In this document: one piece after another, positions 35,701 to 50,842 of the stretch
Layout of the letters: each line of letters begins with the position of its first letter
Position numbering within the stretch: position 1 is the stretch's first letter
Assembly: GCA_903813345.2 (NCBI GenBank)
Contig: CAIIXF020000001.1
Location: 48,050,001 to 48,114,000 of the forward strand
Direction: 5' to 3'
Source of the DNA: Owenia fusiformis
Taxonomy: Eukaryota
DNA length: 64,000 nt
Program-made: the position numbers and the translations under genes
The notes under the pieces: model-generated
The model's database searches: none
Seen by the model: the letters and a program-made list of their open reading frames with translations, nothing else
Told to the model about the DNA's origin: nothing

Positions 35701-36380
35701 ACTGTACATTTGAATTTTTGCATAGCATATATACTACAGCATAGAAAAATATACAATCATGTGTTTGATATAAATATGGATGGACAATTATTTTTATGGG
35801 CTGGAATCAAATAGATTATTATAAAGCCATTGCTAATGGTACTTTTACTGTTTTGTAGCACCCAGTCCCTTAAACTTTGACCAAAAAGGTCATACCTCCA
35901 TCATAGTCTAGTAAATCCATTGATGCATGGAAGGAGGATACTAAATTCAGTCAATACTTCACAGAGTCAAATGGATTTACAAATTCTTATTGTCTTTCAG
36001 CAATCAAAAATTCATGTATGAACAGACTGTGTCTTGTTGTAATAAGTGTTTTTGAACTAAGTCACACCTGTTATTTTAGAACTTAGAAGACAATGTGTAA
36101 TTCAAAAAGTGTTCAATCAAAAATTGAACAATTATTTGGCCTTATATATCTCTACTTATTTCATGCGGTAACACGTAACACTGTTAATTAACAATAATCT
36201 GGGAACTCTCTCTAGTCTACTCCTTTGATTTTGTTCATAAGAAATCTTTTCTCCTTTTGATTCCTTATTTGTAATTTTAGAGGGATCATTATTCTAATCC
36301 ATCTCTTTCTGATTTGGAATTTTCTAGTGGCTTCAGATAATACAAGGTACCTCTTTATATATTATACAGCTTAACCTGAG

Positions 36381-39300
36381 CTATTGCTGCTCATGTCTAG
36401 AGCTACCGTCCCTACTAGATGTTTCACACGCAGATCCTGACTGTTGAAACAGCGCTTGCTTCACATGTTCCATGTGCTCCTGGACACGACTTGAGGGTGA
36501 AATGTTTCTGCAACCACTACTACTGTGGCTAGATGTGACAGAACTTTTACGGCTGGATTTATTTGAAGCACTGTTACTCTGCGCTGGTTTATTACTGCTG
36601 GTTTTACTGCTGGTTGTTGACCCATGGAATGAGCCTAGATAAGGGGAAGATTTCACACTGGATTGGGAACCACTGGAATGGAGATGAGAATAAATGGGAC
36701 AAAGTTAATGTATGAGGGTTTGCATGTAAAATGTAACAACATTTCTTTCAAGCTATAGAGTGCATCTAATTAAAGTGGGTTTAATTCACATGAAATATGT
36801 AGCATGAATGGATGTTAGGTAATGGTTGGTGTAAGACCATATATTTGGTTTGAACCAAGCAATGTTATGTCACCTCAAAACATGTTTGGGGGCTATAATA
36901 TATTATTAGTAGGGGCACAAAGATGATGACCACAACTTGGAGAAGTTACTTCCCATTTTGCAGACAGCAAAATATGACTTAAAATCCCCCTTAGTAAATT
37001 CAAATTATTAGGTACATCATTTGTATTACTATTTCTTTATACTTCACATAAAAAAAAAGACAACACAAAATCAATGATTGGTATTAATTTCATTTCAATA
37101 TTTAACATATATTGGGAATTTTTAGGGAATTTCAAATTTGTAGCCACAATATTTCAACAAACGGAAAATGAGCAAAATTAATAGCCACGAAACTTCAAAA
37201 TCGCAAAGAACATGAAATATAATTGCATCAAATATCAGTTGAAGTACAGTATCTATTTATCCCTTAAGTTGGGTTATAATCTCAACTCTACTCACCCAGA
37301 AATTTTTAGTCCCATAGATCTGTATAGGTCTACTGTGGATGGTGTCTTTATAGCAGAGTGTGTGGGGCTGGGGGTCAAGTTGGCATTAGCTGATACCAGT
37401 CTAGCCCCTCCTTCAATTCCTGTAGATGCAAGGATTGTAATATAGACAAGTTTAATTGAATAATGACTAAAGAATAATGAGCTTATACGGTATTATCACT
37501 TGTTTTAAATAGGCATGTGCATATACCAGATATAATACTGATTTTAATACTTTTAATGCTAGTTTATTTCAGTCATATAAAAAAACAGATAACAATCAGA
37601 CAAAAAATAAGGCATAAACTAGACAAAATATCGACCTATTGCTATAGCAGAAATCGGGTCTACCTTCTCAAAGGTGACATTAAAATCATTGTTCTATACA
37701 ACTTTTTTTGTTTGGCAATTTTAAAGCATGTGTTAATTACCCAATAAGATTTATTGCACTATTCGTAATATGGGGACTTACCTGTGAATTTGTGCATTGC
37801 TGATCTTGGCTTGTGTACAGAAGACTGTGTTGCCTGTTTGAACTGATGTTGCAGGAACCCAGACTTCTCATCCTCAAACATCTTCCTCTGTATAAAACAT
37901 TGTAACTTCATTTAAACTAATATCTATTACACTGTAAGAATTACAGAGAAAAAACATTGTCTGGACATGATAACTGGGTGATAAATGAAAATTAAAGGAA
38001 CTGGAACTGGAAGAATCATTCCATCCCATGCTGATTTTTTTTCTAAAAAAGTCACACGTGGCAGAGTGAAATTCTTTAGTTTTATGCATTTAGTTTCTCT
38101 GCCATTACAGAATATCACAGCATCACCTCTCTCATGTACAGTAATTCCTAGGTATCTTTCCAAATACTGATAGTTTGCTAATAATCTACTAATTTTTTGA
38201 CAATAAAGACTTTCCAAAGGTAGATGACATATATATGCTGTATAAGTTTTACTCATGATTTTGATATTTTTCTCAATGGAGACTCCATTTTGACCATAGC
38301 AGTAGACTACCAGTGTAAGTAGATTAGACTATGGGCCACCAGTCTCTATTTAATGTGGGAGGGGAACCCTTTGAATATAGGATTTACCCACCTCTCTGCC
38401 AAGTCTTATAGCAGCCTCTGTAAATGTTTGCCGTTCCTTCTCAAAGTTGCATTTCTGCTGGTAGAACAATGCCTTCTCCTTTGAGAGATTCTCAGCCTCC
38501 TCCAGGAGCTCTGAGTTGTGCAGGAATGATTGTTCTATTGTATCATCATTATCAGGAGTTTGTAGGGAATGCTGGAGATGAAGTCACATGTGTAAATTAA
38601 ATTTACAGGGAAACCTGTGAAGTGGAACACCTCAAGAAGTGGAACACCTCTGTTAGTGGAACACTTCAGAATCCCAAAGTCAACTGACTTAATGTTAAAT
38701 GAACCACTAAAAGTGGAAAACCTCCCACAAGTGGAACACATTTTGGAGGTACCAAAGGTGTTCTACTTCGACAGGTTTTTGAGAATTTAACTTCATGTAT
38801 CTACAGCAAACAATACAGAGAGTTAAGTTGGATCATCCTGGAAGTCAGATATAAACACAATTTAAAATGAGGCACAAAGTGAAAGATATTGCACCCAAAA
38901 AAGACTGCATTTTTATACCTAGAAACATCCCAATCAGAATCAGGCAAGTCCTTAAATAATTCTATATTACCTGAATGAGGTCTTCTTGCTGCTCAATGAT
39001 GTCCCTGTATCTACTGACTTGTTCACTGAGGGTCTCTATCTGCTCTTTGTAGTTGGCCTCATCTACATCAGACCTAGGGGTCTCTGGAGAGTCACCTAGA
39101 ATATAGTATTAGTTGCTTAACTTAATCAATTTTGCATGTTTAGCACAAAGAGAGTACATCATTTCGAGGGGTATATTATGTGCAACTTGATATGTAACTT
39201 TGTAGCACAAAAGGCTTTTCAGCTACTGACCAGATATCATTTTGAGATTTTTTCATTAAATTATGATATTGTATTACTTAATTTAAGGCCCTATTTAACT

Positions 39301-42300
39301 TGATGAAATTCAAAATTTTTCACATTAAATTCTCATCAAGATCAAACTCATGCGGTCCTAACTTCGACCGTTAATTTGAATTTTTGACCTACCTGATGTT
39401 TGAAAATCAAGGATTAAGAGTCTCATACTGCACCATTTTTCTTCAAACTTGTTCCATTCAAAGCATAACACAAATCCCTTTCTGATGGTACATTATTCTC
39501 TTCAACAGAGTCCCTACTTCCAGCGGCATTTTGGTCCCCAGCTGTAAGAAGGCCTTCTAATAGCTGGGGACCAAAACGCTGCTAGAACGAGGGACTCTTT
39601 ACAATAAAATAATGCACCAACAGAAAGGCAATTTTGTTCTGCTTTTAATGGTATAAGTTTGAAGAAAAATTGTGCAGTATGAGACTCGCAATCCTTGATT
39701 TTCAAGCACCTGGTAGGTCAAAAATTCAAATTAACGGTTGAAGTTAGGACCGAGTGAAACTGTAAGTTAGATAATAAATACTCCATTTAGTTGGTAATAA
39801 ACATTAAGCTGGTTCTAAATCATACAGCATAATTGTGTTCTTTGTGTTCTTTGTGTCAATTAAACACAATTGATACAGATTGTCTGATACTTAAAGCCTA
39901 TTTATGTGTGTTTTATATACAGGGTGGGCCAAAAAAACGCCACTTTTTTTCAAGACACTATAACTTTTTTATTTTCCAACCTACATACCCCAAATTTTGC
40001 AGTTATATAGTGCCAAGGGTTCTTAGTAATAATATAATGTAACAAGTCCTTCAACTGGGATTATATTTGATCTAAAAAGAGGAGTTCAATTGGTCCGCCA
40101 CCCCATTTGATGATAGATTTTAGTTTTAGTCACCTTGCTGATATAGCAGTATCAATGACATGTTAGCAATATTTTTTTCAACGTGTCTTAATTGCCAGCT
40201 TTAGTTAAGCAATTTTCTAGATCGGGTGCATTCATACCATCTCCTGGAGACCTCCCATACACTATACTCACTTGGGTTTGATTAGGGCTATTAGCTTGCG
40301 GTCATCAAGGCGTATCAGTTTAGGAACATTATGCAAATTATGCTTATTTCTCATGGCACACCACATGTTTAAGTGAGACGCTGGTGACATATTTTATTCA
40401 AGTAAAAGTGTATAATTCATGATCAATGGCTAGATAACAACCTCAAGTTTCATTTGGTATGTAAATTAGGATTTTGTATCAAAAATTAAAAAAGTTATAG
40501 CATTTTGAAAAAAGTGGCGTTTTTTGGCCCACCCTGTATAAAATGAATACTTAATCCACCAAATTAAATGTGTACAAATAATGTGAAAATAGTAAAAATG
40601 GTAGATGAATTTAAAAAAACAACATTAAATCAAATCTAATTTCAAATCTCAAGTCAGATTTGAACTGCTGAGAACTTGCAGGTGATTTTGGATTTTGGAA
40701 AAAATTGGTCAATTTGAAACAAGTTGAAATAAAAAGACCCCTTTGACTTTGTCCTTTTTTACCTTGAGAAGGTCATTGAAGGTCAAATCTCAAATCTAAA
40801 GCCAGATTTGAACTTCTGAGAACTTGAAGATGATTATATTAGATAGTGTATATTCGATTTATTAATAATAAGAAGTGCAAAACATTTTCATATTGTTACC
40901 CACCTTCTGATGTTGGATTGCTTTTCTCAGTTTGATTTATTCTTCTCTTTAGCAGCTGATATTTTTCTTTGAGACTCTTTTGAATGCCATCTCGCACCAT
41001 TTCATAGGGCATCTGGAAGTAGCCTGTAAGACAGAAATTTAAAAACAATGCAGGATGTAGTCCAGTAAAAAGTTAAATCATTTAAACAGTCCATACACAG
41101 AGTTCAAGAAAAATGACAAATAAGATAAAGCAAGCATAAATGCATGGGCAGATAGACTCAGAATGCTAGTTGCATTCATGTAACAATTTCAAATTACATT
41201 ATTTTTAAGTACTATGTGCTTTTTGCTTTACTCACCATCAGCCAGTTCCTCAACATCTGTTGATGTGACAGACTTAATGTCATCTTCACTCTCTTCCAGA
41301 CTGTCTTCTAAGTTCTACAAACATAGGTCAATTTAATTAAGGATTTAAGCCCTGGACTCAGTGCAATGTGGACTGAATCATTCCTCAATGATGTTATTTC
41401 AACCTTCGCACAGAATGCGCAGAATCAAGTGTGAAGTTCAGGAAATTAACGCCTGAGTGGAATGAATCAGCCACAATGCATCAAGTCTACAAAATCACCT
41501 AAAAGATAGGAAATCACTAAAAGAACATATTTTCAATGAAACTTTTTGCAAGGGGCAAATTGGCAAAACATCAATTTTAATATGTAGTCAAATTGTCACC
41601 TTAACAACTATTCAACAAATGATCTTGGGTGAGTTATTGGTTATATAATGCAGTGCAGTTAAATGAAATACTGTGTTCAGATAGGCTGGAATCAGATACA
41701 CCTTGCCTAGCTATGTCTGAATCACTAATTAATTGAAAAAATAAATCAAATAATTAGTTCATGCCCAATAACTGTATGTGAAAGCCTCAAGTAAAAGAAC
41801 ACCTCAATATAAGAACACTTTTATTATCCTGCTTTTATAAAATCCCCATGTGCATAATATACAAGAATATAATGTTTAAAACTTACAGATGATTTAGAAG
41901 GTGAAGGCTGTTGGTTTAATAATGAGATCAACTCTTTCTGCATGGTGACCAGGCATTCTCTCAGTTCCTTGTTCTCTAACATCAGCTCCTTCTGGCGGTC
42001 TTCATAGTTGGTTATGATCAGTCTGTACATGTCTTCTTCTTGTCTACAAATATCATATCCCAGTAGTTTAAAGCTGGTTCAAACATAAATGAGTCATATA
42101 TCATGAAAAGAATTTATGTAAGGTGGAGTGGTATGAAACTACTCTTGTTAAACTACATAATATCAAAATTCAAAACAGGTGATGATTTGATGAAAAAAGA
42201 ATCAAGGCCATCATATCTTGTTAGTTTATCAGGATGTTTCATTTTATCTTACTCCTGTTTTCTTCAGTTTTGAAAATAATTAGAGAAAATAAAGGAAATG

Positions 42301-45300
42301 GAAGGAATACTGTGATTACAATAATTACTTACTTATTGTTGGTCTTCCAGGTGCCCCTCTTGCCATCTGGTCTCTGGAGGGCATTAAGAATATCCATACC
42401 TAGAAATAGCAGATTTGGTCAATCTAAAATTACTAAAAGATGGCAGTGCAAGCATACCCCGCTAAAGGAATTTCAATGTTGGAAGCAATTTTTAGCAGCA
42501 AATCTGAAATAATGAAATAATACCAGAAGGATTTAAGCCCTGGACTCATTCCTTGAAGGTGTTGTTTTCAAATCTTTGCATGACTGCGCAGTGAGAATGC
42601 AAAGTTTAGGAAACAACACCTGAGTGGAATGAATCAGCCACAATGCATCAATTCTGGCTTAAATTCTTATAACACATTGTAAAAATATTTCCTACAACAT
42701 CATCTACAAGATACAAAATCACCAAAAGAACAGATTTTCAATGAAACTTTTTGCAAGGATCAAGTTGGCAAAGCATCAATTTCAATCTGTAGAGTCCATT
42801 TGTCACCTTGACAACCATCCAATGAATGACCTTTGGTGCAATGATTGATTATATAATGCACTTTATATATGAAATAATGTGTGGATTGGCTGGAATTGGA
42901 CAAACCTTGCCATGTGAAAGGACATTTTGAGGACAACTATGTAGCAATAGCAGTAGTGTGAGATCATGATTTCTGTACACTGCACAAACAAGAATAATTA
43001 CCTAATCTACGTTCTTGGTTTTTATCAGTGAGTAGTTGGTGCATCCTTTCTTTCAGTTTATTTATTTCTTTTTCTCTCTTCTTCATTTCATGTTTGTATT
43101 GAGAATCTCGGGATAGTATCACAGATTGTAGGCGCTTCACCTGCATAAAACAATAAAATAAAATAATTTGGATTATGACTTAAATGAAGTTCAAGACACT
43201 CAAGACAACCGCAACACAAGGGTGAAGAAAATCTCATTGAAAATCTTAAATCAAAGCAAATTATTCCTGAGTTATAGCTCAGAAAGTGATTTTCCATGAC
43301 ATAAATTGTGGCTTTTGAACCAGGGATCAGACGGATGGCAGAGAGACAGACAGATGGACAAGTGAGTGAATGTAATAGTGTACCATATGAGCTAATAATA
43401 ATAATAAAATAATAAAAAAAATGGCAAACAATTTTCAAAATGGGGTCATATCATGTGATTTGTAACACAAATTCTTGAACATGTTTACATTTGAAATGAA
43501 ATATCAATAAAACTATTACTATTTGAGTTATAACATAATCAAATAAATAAGCTTTTAAAAATGGCTTTAAAAATGGCGGCCTCTATACTTTTAAATTTTG
43601 AGTTACAAAAAAAATAAATAAAATAAGTGTTTAAAAAGGCTTCCAGATTTTTGAATTTTGAGTTATAACAAGATTTTTGAAGGATTAGATATTGAATTCA
43701 ATCTAATTTAAAGAATACTGTAAATCAAAACTAAAATTGAGATCACTATTAATATGAAATCAGTGGCCATTTTGAAAATCTGCTTTGAAGCAGCACTTCT
43801 ATCATGCAAATAAAATATAAATTATCAGACAGGTTTTTATTAAAAATATTAGTGAATTACTGCATTAAAACCTTAATTGTATTTGTATATGATAGGAGGC
43901 ATTAGCCTTAACATTATAATGCATTGATTAATTTGATGAGACAGTAGACATGTTAGTGGCTTGACTTAACAAAGATAATCTTCCGAGGCAATGTATCATA
44001 TTGTTGTATCATTGATTCTCAGATCAATCTCTTATTAAGCATCTAATGGTAACTAATGCCAAGTAAAAGCCTATTTGTATATCAGAAAAACAGTCTACCT
44101 GATTAGTATTATATTTTATACAAGTAATTTGCGTTCCTGTCATGACCATACAATGAAAGTCATCTAAGATTCATGATATCTACTTTTCTTTCTTTGACGT
44201 ACCTCATCTTTTTCTGCTTTCAGTTTACTGGTGAGCAGTTTATTTTTATTCACAAGTTGTCTCTCCTTCTCCTGTAGTCCAGCAATGTCTCTCTGACAGA
44301 GTTTCAGACTGTCCTTGAGTCGACCCTGAGTCACCTGAAGGTGGTTGATGTCAGTCTCTGTGCGACATTGCCTGCAAAAATAAGGCACGGTGTATAACAA
44401 TGTTGCACCATTTTGGCAATACAATTATCTCAAGTCAGTACATGACAAAACAAGGTATTAACACGCAAAATCTCACCACCTGCCATTTGTTACAAATGCC
44501 AACTGCTGAATACCAGCCACCGAACACAAATTTACATCACATAAGTTATTGCAAATGGAAAAAAAGTCTTACAATTGTCACAGATCCCTGAACTACTAAC
44601 TGCCAAAGGCCAGTCACAAAGCAATACCTACACTGAATGAAAATTTCCACCCTTGCCAAAATAATCAGTTCTCAATTCATACCAAGAAACATCCCAGAAA
44701 ATTTCAAATCAAGCAATTACTGAAGCGAATGTTTTTTATACAGTGACATTAATAAAAGTACATGTATGACATGCCCAACTGTTACTTTTCATTTCTCTTA
44801 CATACTAAGTGAGAGTCTGGTCATTTAGAACTTGAGAATTGATTATATCCCTACTTCAGCTTGTTTCTAAGTGACAAGTGTCACAATGCAGTGATGATAA
44901 CCAAGTGCTTTCAAGTAGGCAATTGCCAACATAGTCTACACATCATCTTCAAACTAAGATAATATTTATCAATGTAATTGGATTTGAATAATAAACGAAA
45001 CCAAGCAATAGATAGGACAGCACTGAAGGTTCAAAGCATTGATTCTGCCCCAAAGTTACAAGTTCAATCATTTTTATATATTTTCAAAGATTTGTAATAC
45101 AATAACTAGTTGATAAAGGCCTTGTCAACCTGATTGTGATGTTTCTCCTTTGGTAAACAATGACAGATGATTTTGAGAATATTATTCCTCATCTATCAGA
45201 AAATGAAGGTCACTTGCCCCAACCCCTAAATCCCAAAGGGCTAGCTAGTGCCTACAATAACCTAAATCCCCATGGGGTAGCTAGTGCCTACAATAACCTA

Positions 45301-46084
45301 AATCCCCATGGGCTAGCTAGTGGCTACAATACCCTTTGACTATTACAGAACTATGCAATTACAGTTTTAATATCCATAGGATGCTAACAAAGAGTGCAGA
45401 TGAGGTCAATCTCTAGTAAAGAGTAATTCAAAATGTACCTGTTTTCCAAATCTTCTTTGATCCTCATACTTCTCTGATGCATATGCAGCAGTTGTTGTGT
45501 ACTGCTGACCAGCTGGGAAAGTTTGAATGTAGCAGCACCATCATACATGGACGGAAACCCTAGCACCAATAGGTCCTAGAAGAAATGAGCAAACATTATA
45601 AGTAATCACATGGGTAGCATAGAAATATGTGGACATTGCAGTTGAAGTTGAAAAATTCAATATTAACTTGTAAACAATTGAAAATCTATTTGAAGGCAAC
45701 ATGAAAATTAGGATGTTTCACAAATTCTGCTAATTTATTTTGCATCCAGTTGAGAAATCATGCTGAGAGAAGATTTCTCATTTTCCATTCAGATTTTGCG
45801 ACAATAATTGAGGAACTACTTGGATTTATTGGGAGTTTGCAATTCGATTTTTCCATTTATAGCTTCTGTACCTGATTCAGCAGTTTAATTGAATCTTCTA
45901 CAGTCTCATCAGCTCCATACACAGAAGATGCAGAAGCCCCCTCTGGACCTGGTTTCTGGGGGGACGGTGTGAATAGGAGCTCAGACTTCTCTGCACGGTG
46001 GGTTGGAGTGCGACTCTTAGCAGTCAGCATGGCTAAGAAGTCATTGCCTCCATTTATGTGTTCCATAGCGCCCCAATCTCCCAT
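36381..46084 (-). CDS. SSX2IP: Afadin- and alpha-actinin-binding protein (ADIP), ~635 aa
   Basis: Exons 45872-46084, 45439-45575, 44203-44371, 43002-43140, 42333-42399, 41887-42043, 41236-41314, 40904-41023, 38971-39095, 38392-38571, 37782-37887, 37296-37419, 36381-36672; phases consistent. Motifs: MGDW start, SRDSQYKHEMKKREKE..LKERMHQLL, YEDRQKELMLENKELR, FEKERQTFTEAAIRLGRER. Confidence 0.9.
38606..38780. mobile_element. Degenerate pogo/Tigger-like MITE
   Basis: tacagggaaacctgt.., repeated gtggaacac motifs, ..gacaggtttt end. Confidence 0.6.
39349..39756. mobile_element. Foldback element (~150-bp arms), 5-bp TSD
   Basis: CATGCGGTCCTAACTTCGACCGTTAATTTG.. / ..CAAATTAACGGTTGAAGTTAGGACCGAGTG; TSD aaact at 39344-39348 and 39757-39761. 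Confidence 0.87.
39920..40536. mobile_element. Tc1/mariner-type non-autonomous element, TA TSD
   Basis: ta|CAGGGTGGGCCAAAAAAACGCCACTTTTTT..AAAAAGTGGCGTTTTTTGGCCCACCCTG|ta. Confidence 0.9.
41339..42911 (+). repeat. Two direct ~380-bp copies of a dispersed repeat (~41339-41708 and ~42527-42911) in different SSX2IP introns
   Basis: Shared aaggatttaagccctggactca.., cctgagtggaatgaatcagccacaatgcatcaa, ttttcaatgaaactttttgcaagg and ..ggctggaat..accttgcc. Confidence 0.8.
45225..45333. repeat. ~36-bp minisatellite, 3 copies
   Basis: cctaaatccc(c)atggg.tagctagtg.ctacaata repeated three times. Confidence 0.85.
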
Positions 46085-48535
46085 TGTCCTAAAAAAGTAA
46101 ATACTTAGATTGTGGACAAGGCTCTATACTAAGGATCTGAGAGTAACTGATCAAAATAGATTCATAGATTCATAGATTCAATATACTATATACCATCTTG
46201 CTTCATCAAGCTTCGGACCTATCCTAGAACGTAGTGATTGAGCGTGGGAACCGACGATGCTATAAACTGGGATACCTAATATCATGATACTCAACCTAAA
46301 ACACATATATACCCCAGGAGAATGACATAAATAAAGCTTCTACTAAGCATACTTATTCAATAAAACTTGAGTCAATAAAAATTTCATCTTTCTTTTTAAA
46401 TTGACAGCAAGCAAACTTATTACTTGCCCGATTTAATTACCAGTACAATGCTGTATCTATAAGGTAATTCATACATGCAAAATCCTATGTTTTCTATAGC
46501 TCTATATTTTCTATATTCCTCAAGCTGGTCTTGTTAGTGTTACTCATTTCTATATGATTTTTGAGAATGGTAGTCCAGCCAATAAACTTCATTCACCTGT
46601 ATGCTTAATTAGTTTAATTATCATATTCTTTACTTGTTCTTTGTACATGTATATACAAGCATGAATATAATCTAATGATATTGTAAGTGCATATGAATTG
46701 ATTTCTCTAATAAACCTAAGTGTATTTCCAAGACAGTGAAACCTGTCTCCTACAAACAAAGGATGCTAAGTTTTTTATTCAGAAATTCATTTTGGCAAGG
46801 TAGGCTAAAGAAGCTGGTTTAAAAATTCCCATGTCCGTGTAACAAATACACAATTTCAAAATAATTTTTACCAATTATCAATAATTATTAAATAACATAA
46901 AAATATATCATAGAGTCAAGGGAAGGGGGCACAAGGGAAGTTGAGTTGTTTGGCCTCCTCTTGATCTTTTCAAACATATTTTGGATGAAATTGTGCAAAA
47001 TAGTGTTTTTTACATAGCCCAGACATAATTCTTTAAAATCCAGTAGTGATGCAGCCTTTGCCTATGCAATCATTTGCTCTGGCATCTATATATTATACAG
47101 TAATAGGGAAACATAACCCTAATACAAATACATTCAGATGGGCTTGATATCATCCTAAGGTAAAAATAAGGCAGTGAATCTTGAAATACTAACTACCATT
47201 TCCTAAAATACACTCTTCCCTTACTGAATAAATTACCAAAACTATCATGATACATCTGTTCTATACTGGAATGATTGTCACAATAGAATGCAAACTGTTT
47301 TGCAGAATTTCCTATTTCGGTTGCAGAATACATTTACTGGATTTGTAGTGCTGTATCAAAAAATGCAAGTTTAGTATTTGATATAACTTTGCTTAAATTG
47401 CAACCCTAATTCTCTGTCAAGTATCAATTCTCTTTGATTTTTGAGTGTCGTTGGTAATTATTAAATTCCATGTTTATCATAAAACATTGCTGACGACCCC
47501 ACGCCTGTTCTTCCTTATTTCCCTCTTCCCATTTATGAGATCCACAGCCTGTAATATATCCCTCAGAATACTCCCTCTCAAGCAATAGATAAAACGGAAC
47601 TTTGATAAATCAGAATGTCTCTTCCCTGCTGTTAATGTAAAAACATTAATGCTTTTGGCTAAGTTTGCAGGTATCTCTTGTTGGCGGACCCTGTAGCTTT
47701 AATCAATCTACCTGAACACAGGTAGATATAAATTATGGATTACTTACTGACAGTTAGTCATTACCTATCAGGCAGAAAAATATTCATCATTTTTATCATG
47801 TGATACCAATACATGTGCTATGCCATGATATAGGAATATTGCTATATGAGGTCAGAATGTTCTTACTTTCTTTGTACAGAATGATTCAATTTTATAGTGC
47901 TGTGAATATACTTGTGAATATAATTCTTTGAAATATAACCTATTGATAATGTCCTTTTCAACCCATGAATATATTGTTCAATTCAGCACTGCTTAGAAAA
48001 TGCATGATATAAAAAATATCACTTTTTTAAATACATACAAGAAACCTCATTTAACCAACAATTATAATACTTGTTGACTCCTTACCATCAACAGTTCAGC
48101 TTCATTTCCAAGCAAATGTACAGAGTTTGCTCTACCCAGAGATAAAGTATCTGATTTGTAGCATTACTGTAGTAGTTATCTAAATGTGGTAAATTTCAGA
48201 CTAAGAGTATTGCAGATGTTTAAGCCATCTTTGGCCCAGATTAAGATACAACTTGCTAGGAACATCTATGTAGACTATCAGGTATTAAACATGACTAAAT
48301 GGAATACTCTGGTAGAAAAGAATCATGCTATAGAAGTGTAAGATGATGTTAGTACTTAAATTTATTCATATGATTCTTTCTCCAGCCACCCTTTGCATTC
48401 ATTCGACTTCATTTCTTAAAAGAGAGCTTCGTCTTCACTCTTTCAGATAACAATGAATCTCTGATCTCCTTGAGCCAATCAGAGTTCATCGTCGAAATAC
48501 AGACAAGTTTCTACAACCTATGACATCACCACATA

Positions 48536-50221
48536 CAGTAAAATCTGTCTAATCCGAACACCCATGGGACCAGCCAAAAGCGTTCAAATTGGCAGGTGTT
48601 CAAATTTCGAGGGTATTGTTGGTCGGGGGGGATTTTCATTGTTCAGTCCACTATATTGAACACTTAATACTTAGTCAGAAAACAATACATGTTGTTGATG
48701 AGTTTATTCTACAATAGGCCTATAGCCTACATGTATATGCTATGTTTTATTTACATTTTGAACAATTTCATTTTTTTGGAAAAATAACTCTTTAATTTTG
48801 GCAAAAACTTTGTAATACACTGAATAAGTATATGATAGTCTTGTACGAAATCTTATGCTTATTAAATGACTTATCTCATATTATGGTTACATAGCACTGC
48901 CTTACTTTAGCTTGAAAAAGTCGTTCATTGTTGTTTGTTTGTTGGCACTTTTGGCATTAGCAATATTTGAGTAGATACCCTCTTCAATTAATTTTTCACG
49001 AGTGCTCATTCGAGATGATGCATAATCTTTCAAAATATCAAGGGCATTCAGGATGTCAGATGTGCCTTTTTAGGAGGCATTTTAGTGATAGGATATTACG
49101 AAGTTGAATTTTTTCTCTTTCTCGTGATATAATCTTGTCTGCAAATGTGTCTGTGTTGTCTTTGTGATTATAAAACATTTACTGATTGAATCCTAGCTAT
49201 CATAACAGACCCATGGAATATAAAACAGTTAAGACTTGTTCATAATCCAAATCAAAAACACCCAGTTAATTTAAAATAAGGATAAACCAATTATCTCCCA
49301 GATTCTCACCTTTCTCTTAATCCAAATCAAAAACATCCAGGTAATTTCTAATAATGATAAAACAATTATAATATTGTCTGCAAATGTGTCTGTGTTGTCT
49401 CTGTGATTATAAAACATTTACTGATTGAATCCTAGCTATCATAACAGACCCATGGGATATAAAACAGTTAAGACTTGTTCATAATCCAAATCAAAAACAT
49501 CCAATTAATTTAAAATAAGGATAAACCAATTAGCTTCTTGATTCACACCTTTCTCTTAATCCAAATCAAAAACATCCAGGCAATTTCTAATAATGATAAA
49601 ACAATTATAATCTTGTCTGCAAATGTGTCTGTGTTGTCTCTGTGATTATAAAACATTTACTGATTGAATCCTAGCTATCATAACAGACCCATGGGATATA
49701 AAACAGTTAAGACTTGTTCATAATCCAAATCAAAAACATCCAGTTAATTTAAAATAAGGATAAACCAATTATCTCCCAGATTCTCACCTTTCTCTTAATC
49801 CAAACATAAAACATTCAGTTCTTTTCTAATAGGATAAACCAATTAACTCCTGTATTCACACCTTTCCAAATCATCCTGTTGTTCTCTACAATTAGGGATG
49901 TCATTGAGACTTAAATAAGTTAATTAGGACAATATCGGTTCTATGATTACATTGCATATGTAAAGATAAATAACAACTATAACATTGACTCAATATGTGG
50001 CTTTAATTGAAATGTCCAGACATTTGATTTCTGATAAAATGTTCAGATTAGACAGGTCAGTTTTTCAAATCTGGTTGTTCACTGTTCAGATTAGGAGGTG
50101 TTCAGATTTCAAGGTTTTTTTAACATGGGAGTCAATGAGAGGAAAAAATGGGACTGAAAAAAAGTGTTCAAATTGGAAGGTGTTCGGATTAGCCAGGTGT
50201 TCAGATATACAGGTTTTACTG
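48536..50221 (-). mobile_element. Pogo/Tigger deletion derivative with transposase C-terminal remnant and internal 239-bp tandem array
   Basis: ta|CAGTAAAATCTGT..ACAGGTTTTACTG|ta. Minus-strand 49066-48902 reads GTSDILNALDILKDYA..KQTTMNDFFKLK*. Repeat units start at ~49131, 49370 and 49609. Confidence 0.85.
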
Positions 50222-50842
50222 TAGTTAATAAGCTCGTATCTGTAATATAGTCTATACTAGGCACTGGGTAGTTTATAACAAGATACAGCACAGGGTATTG
50301 TTCAGTCCATCTACTGAAGGATGAAAAATAATGATACATCTCGCTCAGCAAGGTTGCTGTAACATTTTCGAATGAAAATTTCACTGAGTGTGTGAATTTT
50401 TCTTATTAGACAATAACGTGAAATTGCAAGTTCACTGACTTCATGTTTATAAATTTAGTAATTTTTATTTAGTATTTTCTAATTTCAGGTATCTTTTCAG
50501 TGCAAGTATGTACATGTAGTTCAAATTATTTCTTTCACTTAAAATTCCCAAACTTCTTTTTGGAATTTCAAATATCTGACCCTGACTACGTATTTTAGCC
50601 AGTTTTGAGAAAATTCTGAAATTCACTGATTTTGAAGCATTTTTAACATCTTGCAAATGTTAGTTCAAAACCTGGTTACTGCAGCTTCCAGAGATGCATC
50701 CTGTGATTGTCACAAGAACATTTGCATATTGAATAAATGAAGTAATCTGTCAGTGTTTCAATTCAGAGCAAATTCTGATATTAAAATTTATAAAATATCT
50801 AAGCAACAAATATACGAATCAAAATGGATTGGTGGATATATG

